Positions 63,997-64,000 of a stretch of DNA of 64,000 nt are shown here, piece after piece (positions within the stretch are counted from its first letter, which is position 1; the number at the start of each line of letters is the position of its first letter). Source of the stretch: Tricharina praecox (taxonomy: Eukaryota); NCBI RefSeq assembly GCF_024521635.1, contig NW_026250404.1, positions 2,046,001-2,110,000 on the forward strand. Direction: 5' to 3'. The notes beneath the pieces were generated by a model that did no database searches, had not been told where the DNA came from, and saw nothing but the letters and a program-made list of their open reading frames with translations. The position numbers and the translations under genes were made by a program.

Positions 63997-64000
63997 CGAC

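Noticed and set aside
1..64000. tRNA/rRNA genes and autonomous transposons (RT, DDE transposase, tyrosine recombinase)
   Set aside because: No cloverleaf, rRNA signature or catalytic motifs noticed by eye; tRNAscan-SE and BLASTX would be needed to exclude them fully.

Overview
Intron-rich filamentous-ascomycete (Pezizomycotina-type) DNA. The left 44 kb carries only + strand genes: the C-terminus of an ESCRT-III Vps24-like protein, the mRNA-export adaptor YRA1 (one unusually long intron and a possible structured terminal intron), UV-damage endonuclease UVE1, then a ~19-kb microsatellite-rich gene desert ending in a ~2.8-kb ATG-depleted leader of a polyQ protein with a conserved 'SHIFGRNK...CRKHYQR' domain, neutral trehalase NTH1, and a MOV10/SDE3-like SF1 helicase. 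Two inverted, diverged copies of a 650-780 bp TA-flanked non-coding element (31.3-32.0 kb and 44.3-45.1 kb) bracket NTH1 and the helicase. Beyond 45 kb all genes are on the - strand: a DHA1 MFS transporter, an SDR, and an accessory-looking island. The island holds a large B-box-like/GTPase/RING/patatin fusion gene and a tandemly duplicated family of unknown proteins with two C-terminal TM helices (one apparently intact, one pseudogenised, repeat unit running off the window end). It is the best candidate for an undescribed fungal defence or cell-death system. All gene models were built by eye from GT/GC-AG sites, branch points and protein motifs; no database searches were run.
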